DNA from: Candidatus Marinacidobacterales bacterium | GTDB taxonomy: Bacteria; Acidobacteriota; Vicinamibacteria; Marinacidobacterales; SMYC01 | Length of the DNA: 64,000 nt | Reading direction: 5' to 3' | NCBI GenBank assembly: GCA_965237955.1 | Contig: OZ250169.1 | Coordinates: forward strand, 576,001 to 640,000 | Shown: positions 55,585 to 64,000 of the stretch, in pieces | Layout: each line of letters starts with the position of its first letter | How positions within the stretch are numbered: the stretch's first letter is position 1 | Program-made: the position numbers and the translations under genes | The notes under the pieces: model-generated | What the model saw: only the letters and a program-made list of their open reading frames with translations | Databases searched by the model: none | What the model was told of the DNA's origin: nothing

Positions 55585-55688
55585 TCGGACTCCTCCTTTT
55601 CGATGCGTATTCGACTGACTTTGGCACATCGATGCCGTCTATGTCAGCGGAGGAGTCCATTCCATCACTTGATGACGGAAGCACCGCG

Positions 55689-55850
55689 TCTGTGCCGTCG
55701 GACTACGATGGAGTCGTCTATACCAAGTTGGATGACGCTGGCGGTTGGAAGACGAAGCTTATTGAAGAGTTGAACGAGGTGGGATTCGCAGGTCAGTTTC
55801 AATTTCCAACTAAGCATCGTACGCGCAGGGCTCGCGATCTATCTGGGTAG
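55689..55850 (+). pseudogene. C-terminal remnant of a TIR-like nucleotide-binding (CAP12-type) protein
   Basis: VPSDYDGVVYTKLDDAGGWKTKLIEEL. Confidence 0.6.
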
Positions 55851-55894
55851 AAACTCCAGTGCTGCATGGAGCGTCCGTTTCATACAATAGCGGG

Positions 55895-56048
55895 AGCATC
55901 CGGGAACCGAGGCCGACTCAACACTGGTGCGATCCAGCCCGTAACTAAGCATGGCCCGGGGATGTTTCGGCACTGTCAGTGGTGACACGCGTGAGCGTGA
56001 TCCCGTTTAGGAGAATGTAACGAATGCCCATCCCTGTTCCCGGATGCT
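55895..56048 (+). ncRNA. Predicted bridge-RNA-like structured RNA
   Basis: 13-bp closing stem AGCATCCGGGAAC/GTTCCCGGATGCT; internal TTAGGAG equals the element's right end. Confidence 0.55.
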
Positions 56049-56057
56049 TCACGAAGT

Positions 56058-57461
56058 ATGAAGGAGCATCTGATGAAGCACAATCGTCGTCAACCCAAGA
56101 AGCGGACTTCTCCATCCCTGCTGAAGCAAATCAACGTGAATGTCGCTGGGATCGATTGCGGCTCGGCCGAGCATTTCGTCGCAGTTCCACCGGAGCGCGA
56201 TCCTAAACCGATCCGTTCCTTCAGGAGTTTCACGGCCGATCTTCATCGGCTCGCCGACTGGCTCGCGACTTGCGGCGTGACGAGCATCGCGATGGAGTCG
56301 ACCGGCGTCTACTGGATCGCACTGTATGAAATCCTCGAAGCCCGTGGCTTCCAGGTCCTCTTGGTCAACGCGCGCCACGTCAAAAACGTCCCGGGGCGCA
56401 AGAGCGATGTCAGCGATTGCGAATGGCTCCGGGAGTTGCACAGCGTGGGGTTGCTCCGCGGAAGCTTTCGACCCGAAGCAGCCATCACCGCCCTTCGTGG
56501 CTACCTCCGCCACCGAGAGACTCTCGTTCAGAGTGCGGTAACCCATATCCAGCGCATGCAGAAGGCTCTCGTGCAAATGAATCTTCAACTCCACCTTGTG
56601 GTCACTGATATCACGGGTGTCACTGGCATGCGGATTCTACGAGACATCGTTGCCGGACAAACCGACCCCCATCGGCTCGCTAAGCACCGTGACCACCGTT
56701 GTCAGTCCTCCGAGGCCGAGATCGCCGCTGCACTCACCGGCAACTATCGCCCCGAGCACCTCTTCGCTCTCAAGCAGAACCTCGAACTCTTTGATGCTTT
56801 TCAGCTCCAGATCCAAACCTGTGACGTGGCCATCGAATCGCACCTGCAGCTTCTAGCTCAACGCTCAACCCCGAACACCTCCTTGCCACCGCCTCGAAAA
56901 TCGCGCAAGCCCCGAGTGAACGAACCTCGGTTCGAGCTCCGGCCTCTCCTCCACCAGATCGCCGGGGTCGACCTCTCCCAGATCGACGCCATCGGACCCT
57001 ATTCCGCGCTTCGCTTGCTCGCCGAGATCGGTACCGATATGAACCGATGGCCTACTGAAAAGCACTTCACTTCCTGGCTTACCCTCGCGCCCAATAACAA
57101 AATCTCCGGCGGGCGACTCCTCAGCTCGAAAACACAACCCTCTGCAAACCGCGCCGCTGGCATTCTCCGCATGGCCGCACTCAGCCTCGGGCGTACACAG
57201 ACCGCTCTCGGCGCCTACTATCGACGTCTCGCCTATCGCGTCGGTAAATCCAAAGCCATCACCGCCACCGCTCGAAAGCTCGCCATTCTCGTCTACCGCA
57301 CTCTCAAGGATGGGCTCGTCTATCAAGACCCCGGGGCCGCCGCCTACAACGCTCAAGATCGCTCCCGTGCCGTGCGCCGCCTGACCCAACGCGCCGCTGA
57401 CCTCGGTTTCGCTCTCATCGACACTCAAACGGGCGACGTCGTTCAGGCGGTAGTTTCTTAG
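56058..57461 (+). CDS. IS110-family transposase
   Basis: AGIDCG, MESTGVYW, GRKSDVSD, LAPNNKISGG, ATARKLA. Confidence 0.93.
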   Translation: MKEHLMKHNRRQPKKRTSPSLLKQINVNVAGIDCGSAEHFVAVPPERDPKPIRSFRSFTADLHRLADWLATCGVTSIAMESTGVYWIALYEILEARGFQVLLVNARHVKNVPGRKSDVSDCEWLRELHSVGLLRGSFRPEAAITALRGYLRHRETLVQSAVTHIQRMQKALVQMNLQLHLVVTDITGVTGMRILRDIVAGQTDPHRLAKHRDHRCQSSEAEIAAALTGNYRPEHLFALKQNLELFDAFQLQIQTCDVAIESHLQLLAQRSTPNTSLPPPRKSRKPRVNEPRFELRPLLHQIAGVDLSQIDAIGPYSALRLLAEIGTDMNRWPTEKHFTSWLTLAPNNKISGGRLLSSKTQPSANRAAGILRMAALSLGRTQTALGAYYRRLAYRVGKSKAITATARKLAILVYRTLKDGLVYQDPGAAAYNAQDRSRAVRRLTQRAADLGFALIDTQTGDVVQAVVS

Positions 57462-57586
57462 GAGTTTGGCATACTCTCACGTCATGAGGTGCGCCTGCTA
57501 CGGACTGGCGGAGAGTCTGCACGGTGCAGGACCTCCGTGCAAAGACAGGCGCACCCCGCCCAGATTCTAACTCTTAGGAGACGACG

Positions 57587-58441
57587 ATGCAGAACTTCGT
57601 TTTCCCGGTAACGGACCCGATTAGACAGACCATTGGAAGAAAAGCTCAGCACGTGTATCGTGCCATCGGTCGTATCCCGTTTGCGCAAAAACCCGTTAGA
57701 CCAGTTTTCGTCGTTGGTACAGGTCGATGTGGCTCAAGGGTAGTGCGTAGTCTCATTGCTAGCCACCCAGATTTTGTGTCCTATCAGAGCGAAGCAAACG
57801 ACCTTTGGCATCCACACTCATATAATTACCACCGAAGAACAATAGAAACCCCATCCATGCTATTCGACCCGCAGGAATTTACCAAACGCTCGCTGAAAAG
57901 TTGGACGGTGGAACGCGCGAACGCCATCCGCCTAATATTCTCTGGCTTCTTGACGGTATGGGGGCGTGGAAGACGCCTTGTGCTCAAAAGCAGCATGGTG
58001 AGCTTCATGGTGAAGCAGTTGGTACAAGTATTTCCCGACGGTCTTTTCATCCATATCTACCGAAATGGACCTTCGTTTGTGTTTGAGTCCGTGAAGAAAA
58101 ACTGGCACAAATATCAACATCTAGAAGACGAATCCACGATGCGGATTCATCGCGCCCAATATTGGAGCCGTTGCTTGATAGAGCTTCATCGCGTTAGCCA
58201 AGAGCTGAAACCAATGGGACGGTGGTTAGAGTTCGCATACGAGCGACTATGCGCAGATCCGCGGGACGTGTTACGTGAGATAAGCGTTTACGCCGGAATA
58301 GATCCGGACGCGTACACCTTTGATGTGTCGAGAATTCAGTGCCAGAACTGGAAGGGAAGGAACATCGAGTCGGACAAGGCATGGGAGCCAGCACTCAATG
58401 CCATGCGTGAAGCAGCAGCCCTAAAAGGGTACAGTTTTTAG
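57587..58441 (+). CDS. Sulfotransferase family protein
   Basis: FVVGTGRCGS PAPS loop, LVLKS, FIHIYRNG, YERLCADP; AGGAG RBS. Confidence 0.88.
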   Translation: MQNFVFPVTDPIRQTIGRKAQHVYRAIGRIPFAQKPVRPVFVVGTGRCGSRVVRSLIASHPDFVSYQSEANDLWHPHSYNYHRRTIETPSMLFDPQEFTKRSLKSWTVERANAIRLIFSGFLTVWGRGRRLVLKSSMVSFMVKQLVQVFPDGLFIHIYRNGPSFVFESVKKNWHKYQHLEDESTMRIHRAQYWSRCLIELHRVSQELKPMGRWLEFAYERLCADPRDVLREISVYAGIDPDAYTFDVSRIQCQNWKGRNIESDKAWEPALNAMREAAALKGYSF

Positions 58442-58539
58442 TGGGAAGAAGACAAATGAGCCAAGAGTGGATACGTGTCCCAGCAATTGTTCTAACCGTT
58501 ATCGGCACCAACTATAAGACACACAAAGACATCGTGGTG

Positions 58540-58660
58540 TGCCCCCTGTTAACTGGCCCACTGAAACCTGAACGAACGCGTCAGCTTTTCTAGCGAATAC
58601 GCTTGGAGGCGTTCGATCAAGAGAACTGTGAGGACGCTGTTCGTTGTACGCATTCAACAA
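58540..58660 (-). pseudogene. IS3-family C-terminal fragment and right end
   Basis: YNEQRPHSSLDRTPP. Confidence 0.65.
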
Positions 58661-58754
58661 TCCCAGCTGGACAGAAAACGCAATTTGGGGTACGCGCAGG
58701 ACTCCCAGCCACACTTGACAACGGGCTCAGTCGCACCAACGTCGAGCCGACCTC

Positions 58755-58834
58755 TGAGCCGGTGCCACCTACAGAGACTACCGCGTTTCATTCATTCGGG
58801 GTGGCCGTCAGGCCGCGGAAAACTTGAGAGTACC
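58755..58834 (-). repeat. IS6-like end fragment; related copy at ~27243-27320
   Basis: GGTACTCTCAAGTTTTCCGCGGCCTGACGGCCACCCCGAATGAATG. Confidence 0.6.
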
Positions 58835-59043
58835 TCTTCACCTCTTCGATGTATCGAGAAGCCGAGTCGAAACCTTTGACCGAGTCAAGACGGATTCGTG
58901 CACCAACGCCCTGCTGACTTGGCCTCTTCACCTCCTCGCCGCCCTCCACCCCACGCGACTCTCTTCGTCAGCATCATCGCGCTCAAGTCCAACCAAAGGA
59001 TCCACGAGGAGAGCGACTGGGACGTGATTGCGAGAGCCATTCG

Positions 59044-60435
59044 TTAGATGCCCGCGTACCACAGTGTCGCCACCAGTAACATCGCCAATAAGTAATGAAG
59101 GTTGTCGCGCAACTGCCAGAGTACCCCGTGGCGGTTCGCGATCACGAGCATGATGGTGCTGCAGGCGGTGGCGACCATCAACGCGATAGCACCTCCGACC
59201 GCCTGCGCGTGCGGGACGAGCAGCATCGTGAGCACCGTGAGAATGCTCGCCTGCAAGATAGAAACGACCATGACGGCTCGGGTATCGCTCCCGAAATGGA
59301 ACCCAAGGCTATTCGACTGCGACAACGCGCTGAACAAAAGATTGATGGAGAAAAAAAGCACTACCATCGCGACCTCGGCGGTCGGCTCGATCCCGAGCAA
59401 CCCGAAGATGGGTCGCTGCAAGACGAGGATAGCGGACGCCGCAGCGACGCAAAACGCCAGCTGAACCCAGGCGAAAAAGAGAAACTGTTTTCTGAAATGC
59501 GCGGGGTCCGCCTCCATGGCGCCGACGATCTTGGGCAGGAGCGCATGCATCGTGCTCAGAATGAACTTCCTGGGGACAACGAAGATACGGTTCACGACCT
59601 GGTAATAGGCGACCTGCGTGACCGAAGCCGCCTGCCCCAAAACGATCACCGCGATATGTTCTTTCAAGAACGCGCCGACCGAAGCCAGTTGGAGAGGCAG
59701 CGTATAGCGCCGATTGAAATTCTGGTGAACCCGCCGGCAGACTGGAATCCATTCATACGGCCCGATTCGAGCAAGCTGTGACCAAACATCAGAGATATGA
59801 GACAAATAGACTAGAGACAGAACGACCACGAAGACTTGCGAGACCACGCGAGAGCCGAGCACGAAAACGCATCCCCAGGCGCGGTCGGAAAGCAGCAAAA
59901 AGGCGGCCAATAACCAGGTGAGGTTCAACACGATCTCGAACGTAGCCATCAGCTTGGCGGTCCTGATCTTCTGTTGCGCGTTGACCAAGGCGCGCAGCGA
60001 ATTGGCAAGCACCGCCGTCAACAAAGAGAGCAGCACAATCGCGACGTTCCAAGCAACCTGCGGGTCCGTCAGAGAATGCTCGATGTTCCAAAACCTCGTT
60101 GCGGGGAAAATCGAAAACACCAAAAAAGCAAGAGACACAACGCCGAACGCGATCGCCACCTGGAACAGCAAACTGGAAAGGAAAATCTCTGCCTGCAAAC
60201 GGGTGTCGTCCACGGGTGCGAACCGTCGTATCGTTAACGTGAAATGGTTGTAAAAAGCACGGGGGAAGGCGCCGACCGCGGTAAAATATTGAACAACGCC
60301 GAAGTAGTCGACGCCGAGATAAAGAATCGTCCCGAATGCAATGACGATTAGCAACCCCTGATTGAAAGCGTCGAGGAGCAACAAGTTGGCCACGAGCTTG
60401 AGAACGTCGCGCGAGAACACGATTCTGGACGGCAC
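59044..60435 (-). CDS. Wzx-like oligosaccharide flippase
   Basis: Many TM segments; LGVDYFGVV, QVAYYQV, GGAIALMVA pattern; next to GT4. Confidence 0.75.
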   Translation of the reverse strand: MPSRIVFSRDVLKLVANLLLLDAFNQGLLIVIAFGTILYLGVDYFGVVQYFTAVGAFPRAFYNHFTLTIRRFAPVDDTRLQAEIFLSSLLFQVAIAFGVVSLAFLVFSIFPATRFWNIEHSLTDPQVAWNVAIVLLSLLTAVLANSLRALVNAQQKIRTAKLMATFEIVLNLTWLLAAFLLLSDRAWGCVFVLGSRVVSQVFVVVLSLVYLSHISDVWSQLARIGPYEWIPVCRRVHQNFNRRYTLPLQLASVGAFLKEHIAVIVLGQAASVTQVAYYQVVNRIFVVPRKFILSTMHALLPKIVGAMEADPAHFRKQFLFFAWVQLAFCVAAASAILVLQRPIFGLLGIEPTAEVAMVVLFFSINLLFSALSQSNSLGFHFGSDTRAVMVVSILQASILTVLTMLLVPHAQAVGGAIALMVATACSTIMLVIANRHGVLWQLRDNLHYLLAMLLVATLWYAGI

Positions 60436-60441
60436 GGTCTA

Positions 60442-60717
60442 TCAGCCAGTGGCAGAAGTGGAGTATTCGGAGTCGGCGTCCAAAGTTGGTGGCAGCCATC
60501 CTTTGATGCTGCTCGCGACCAAAGACGCGACCTCGTCTTGCATGGCCATGGCGTCGGCCCGCTCGTAAATGTTCGCCTTGATCGGGTTCTCGCTCATGAC
60601 GACGTATTGATACATTCCTTCACGCTCGAAATCATAGGTGCAGATATCGCCGAAGATTTCAGGCGATTCGTGTTCGGTGCTGATGTCGCAGAGATCGTGC
60701 TCATATCGAGGCTGCAA
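60442..60717 (-). CDS. Possible small protein or gene remnant between GT4 and flippase
   Basis: Co-oriented ORF filling the gap; no recognised motif. Confidence 0.3.
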   Translation of the reverse strand: MQPRYEHDLCDISTEHESPEIFGDICTYDFEREGMYQYVVMSENPIKANIYERADAMAMQDEVASLVASSIKGWLPPTLDADSEYSTSATG

Positions 60718-60853
60718 ATCACGAGCGAGATCCCCACCACGTGAAGCTCCGCTATCTCGGAGGGCTTTCGAACTTTTTCTTCTGGTGCGGATCGAGCGGA
60801 AGCCGGTAGCGGCTGAAGCCGATATTCAAAACGCCGACGCGGGCGGCCTACCG

Positions 60854-62113
60854 TCACCGGGTAGCGCCGCACTCGACGGGCGCCCAATGGGAACGCTGGA
60901 CCGGTGCACCGCTGAGATAAACGAATTCGAGAATGGCCGCGGCGCGTTGGTCCCAGGTCCGGAAACGCACACTCTCACGACCAGCAGCGCTGAGCCGTTG
61001 GGCCAGGGCAGGGTCCTCCAAAATCTGACGTATACCGCGTGCCAAATCATCGGGGCAATCGGGCCGCACCAAAAGCGCGTTTTTCCCGTCCTCGAACAGC
61101 TCGCCCAGCGACGGAAGATCGGACGCAACCACGGGACGCCCCGATGCCATGTACTCGAAGGCTTTGAGGGGCGACGTGCACCTCGCTGAGATCCGTGCAT
61201 TGGCAGAATTGGGCAGAAGAAGAACGTCCGACGCGGCGAGATAGATGGGCACCCGAACCGGAGGCACATGGTCCTCGATACGCACGTTCGATAACTCTTG
61301 CACCTCCACTCTTTGACGAAGGCGAGAGACGTCCTCCGTCGTCCCACCCACGACGAGGAACGTGACATCGGGCATTTTCTCGGCGCAAGCCACCACGGTG
61401 TCGATCCCCTTCCAGGAATAAAGATGCCCGGTATAACCCGCCACCGGTCCGTCAGTATCGAGCGCGAGCGCTCTTCGCGCTTTCTGTCGGTCCATGCGCG
61501 GTGTCAAAAGACGGGCATCCACGGCCGTGGGAGCGACGAAGAAGAGCTCTCGCGGAGCGCCTAGAGCCACGCAATCTTCAACGAGATGGCGATTGATGAC
61601 GACGATCGCCGTCGCGGCGCGAGAAATGATTTTAACCCAGCGCCTCGTCAGCCCGCGATCGGGAAGCGAGTGAAGCTCCATAACAAAGGCGCGTCCTGCG
61701 AGCGCAAGACCGAGAGCCACGAACATGTCCCGAGTGTAGAGCAAAGGGTTCCCGTCCCATCGGCGACGTACGGACTGGATGGTGAACAGCGTCGAATGAG
61801 CGACGAACAGCATCATTTGTATGCGTGGGTTGGCGCTGAGTCTCAGTAAGTCGGGGCAATTCGTTTCGACGAGCCGGAAGGGACACTCCACGTCGTAGTA
61901 GCTCAGCGCGTCGACACCTTCCATCGCAGAGGTGTTTCGCCGACGTGGATATGTGAGCTCGACGTCGAGACCGAGCCGGCGAAAAGCTTCACGCATCTTG
62001 AAGCTCTGCAGGACGTGCGCCTTCTCGCTCGGCACCCGCAGGTTGGCGACGTAGACGAGCTTTCCTTCATAGCACGCCAGCGAGGAATCCATCGGCGCGA
62101 TCTTACACGGCAC
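60854..62113 (-). CDS. Glycosyltransferase family 4
   Basis: YTGHLYSWKG, DVLLLP, SPLKAFEYMASGRPVVASD. Confidence 0.92.
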   Translation of the reverse strand: MPCKIAPMDSSLACYEGKLVYVANLRVPSEKAHVLQSFKMREAFRRLGLDVELTYPRRRNTSAMEGVDALSYYDVECPFRLVETNCPDLLRLSANPRIQMMLFVAHSTLFTIQSVRRRWDGNPLLYTRDMFVALGLALAGRAFVMELHSLPDRGLTRRWVKIISRAATAIVVINRHLVEDCVALGAPRELFFVAPTAVDARLLTPRMDRQKARRALALDTDGPVAGYTGHLYSWKGIDTVVACAEKMPDVTFLVVGGTTEDVSRLRQRVEVQELSNVRIEDHVPPVRVPIYLAASDVLLLPNSANARISARCTSPLKAFEYMASGRPVVASDLPSLGELFEDGKNALLVRPDCPDDLARGIRQILEDPALAQRLSAAGRESVRFRTWDQRAAAILEFVYLSGAPVQRSHWAPVECGATR

Positions 62114-62165
62114 GGTCGGACCTCACAACGTTGTTTCGTCATCACCTCGCGACAGAGGATTGATA

Positions 62166-62437
62166 ACATGGGCGCAAGCATGGACGGCCGCTACCGTAAA
62201 AAGGAAAGTGGGCGACGGAAGCGTCGGGAACAAAGTCGTCGTCACCGACGACGTCAACAGGAGCGAAAGCGTAGAGGGGAAGACGTTCTTGTCGCGGTGG
62301 AAGCGCCCGCGTGGGTCATCACCCAGGAAAAAAGATCGAGCTCGTGCGACCGTCCTGGCTGCTACGAGAGTTTTGAACGTATGCGGTCCAAAGAGGTTGA
62401 GCGTGAGGTATTGCCAAAAAGATGGAAGGAGTTCTAG
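62166..62437 (+). CDS. Small basic protein with CxxxxC motif, probably part of the downstream element
   Basis: Arg-rich; CDRPGC; lies upstream of parB-like/istA. Confidence 0.4.
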
Positions 62438-62531
62438 TTTGACGTAGCCCAAGGGGAGGAGGGGGCGAGCCGGCGTGAATGGCCCGTCCCTCTTCTCTCG
62501 ATTATAGAAGAGAAGGAGCTTTGTAGCAGCG

Positions 62532-63444
62532 ATGGCGTCGCCAGTGGAGTTGGTCAAACTCGATCTCGAGGAGCTGGGCGAGCACTTTGGTCGTCTGCGA
62601 GTTCACACGCCGGATTCGGAGCGCGGGATGGCGCGGTCGATGCGTCTTTATGGGCAGCTGTCTCCGGTGGTTGTTTGCTTGCGCGCGAGGCGCTACGAGT
62701 TGATCGATGGCTTCAAACGTCTGGCGGCGGCCCGAAGCCTTGACGGTTGGGCTCGATTGCTGGCGCGCGTGATGGCAGTCGATGACAAGGCGGCCAAGGC
62801 GGCGATCTACGGTTTGAACCGGGCTGGAGGAAAGACTACGGAGTTGGAAGAAGCGTGGATCGTCTACGCGTTGGTACGCGAGGACGGAGTCCCACAGGTC
62901 GAAGTTGCGGAGCTTCTGGGCCGGCACAAGACATGGGTATGCCGCCGACTAGCCTTGGTGGAAAAACTTTCGGAAGAGGCGAAGGAGGAACTCCGTGTGG
63001 GGTTATTGACTCCGACGGCGGCGCGTCACGTGGCGCGATTGCCCCAGGGCAACCAAAAGGAGTTTTTGCAGCTGATCCATCGTGAGGCGCTGACGGTACA
63101 CGAACTCGAGGACGTAGTCGGCCTTATGCTCAGCACGCGGAGTGTCGAACAGCAGCGATTCGTGCTCGACTATCCCCGCGAGGCTCTCAGCCAGACGACA
63201 GGAGCTGAGGTTGAAGCGCGCGACCCGCGACTGAGCCCAGTGGCGAGTCAGTTGTGGCGGAAAGTTTCAATGCTGCTTCGGAATGCTAGCTCGGATGGAT
63301 GGGTTTCTAAGCTCTCAGGGACGAGCGGGACTGACGCCGAGGGACCGCGAACTTCTTGCACCACGCTTCGAGCGGCTTCACCGAGACGCCACCTCGGTGG
63401 CCACGCGCTCACGCGACCTCATCTCGGAGCTGGCACGAACATGA
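62532..63444 (+). CDS. ParB/Srx-domain HTH protein of an IS21-like element (apparent frameshift ~63280)
   Basis: YGQLSPVVV, ELIDGFKRL, QVEVAELLGRHKTWVCRRL; AGGAG RBS. Confidence 0.8.
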
Positions 63445-64000
63445 GCGAGGCCGAGCGAGCCGAGATCATTCGCCAATGGTACGGCGGCGGCTCGTTTCGC
63501 GGCATCGCTCGTGCTTTGGGTATGAACCGCAAAACGGTGGCCGCCGTCATCAAGGCTCACAAGGACAAACGTGCTCAGCCCCATCTCAGCGTACCCGCAC
63601 CCGCTTCGCAGCGAAAGAGTCTTCTCGACCCCTACGTCAGCCAGGTCGAGACGCTTTTGCAGCGCTATCCCGACCTAACGGCAGTGCGTTTGCAAGAGGA
63701 ACTGTGCGCAGCGGGATTCAAGGGGGGCTACAGCATCGTCAAGCAACGGCTCCGGCAGATGCGGCCGCGGCCGGTGCGCCAACCGGTCATCCGATTCGAG
63801 ACCGGACCGGGGGTTCAGGCGCAGATGGATTACTCGTTGTTCGAGATCGATTTTCTCGAAGAGGGCAAGCGAAGAGTCTGGGCTTTCAGCTACATCCTCG
63901 CCTACTCACGTAGGCGTTACCTGCGCTTCGTCGAATCGCAGGACTCCACCACAACCGTGCGCGAGCATGTTCGGGCCTTCGAGTATCTCGGGGGCGCGGC
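63441..64000 (+). CDS. istA: IS21-family transposase, runs off the window
   Basis: IARALGMNRKTV, SLLDPY, RFETGPGVQAQMD, LAYSR. Confidence 0.88.
   Translation, partial: MSEAERAEIIRQWYGGGSFRGIARALGMNRKTVAAVIKAHKDKRAQPHLSVPAPASQRKSLLDPYVSQVETLLQRYPDLTAVRLQEELCAAGFKGGYSIVKQRLRQMRPRPVRQPVIRFETGPGVQAQMDYSLFEIDFLEEGKRRVWAFSYILAYSRRRYLRFVESQDSTTTVREHVRAFEYLGGA

Larger units (their letters stand above)
54242..55667 (-). mobile_element. Intact IS1111-group IS110 element
   Basis: Subterminal IRs ATGGACTCCTC / GAGGAGTCCAG; TG core at both junctions; no TSD; non-coding region downstream of transposase. Confidence 0.92.
55872..57464 (+). mobile_element. IS110-group element with upstream non-coding region; ends approximate
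   Basis: GGAG at both junctions; transposase 56058-57461. Confidence 0.8.

Overview
GC-rich bacterial accessory region with no rRNA, tRNA or CRISPR array seen. It is a dense mosaic of mobile-element pieces (IS3, IS5/IS903, IS6, IS21, IS110/IS1111, IS256, ISL3, IS1-like, RIT, Tn3-like IRs, rve-integrase elements, a DUF2924/serine-recombinase module) with cargo genes wedged between them. The left ~29 kb is a defence island: N6-MTase plus PD-(D/E)xK nuclease, ClpP-class protease pair, McrBC, two AlbA_2 genes (one fused to a HEPN-like domain), MmeI-like fragments, an NspV-like type II R-M, a DUF4238-like gene and a UDG-like gene. The right half carries envelope/glycan genes: sulfatase-like protein, GT-C membrane proteins, sulfotransferase, flippase, GT4. 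Three structures stand out. (1) Sixteen copies of a terminal sequence CGTCCTGTGCCAAAACT (14 left-type ends, most with an IHF-like box, and 2 right-type ends) abut a consensus GGRTS motif and bracket gene blocks tip-to-tip, with no intact cognate transposase in the window. (2) An intact IS1111-group element whose downstream non-coding RNA region contains readable matches to its reconstructed target and to its own end; the target is the terminus of another element. (3) Many junctions join internal IS fragments, at least one through clear microhomology. All product calls come from motif recognition by eye; no searches were run. Several single frameshifts may be sequencing errors.
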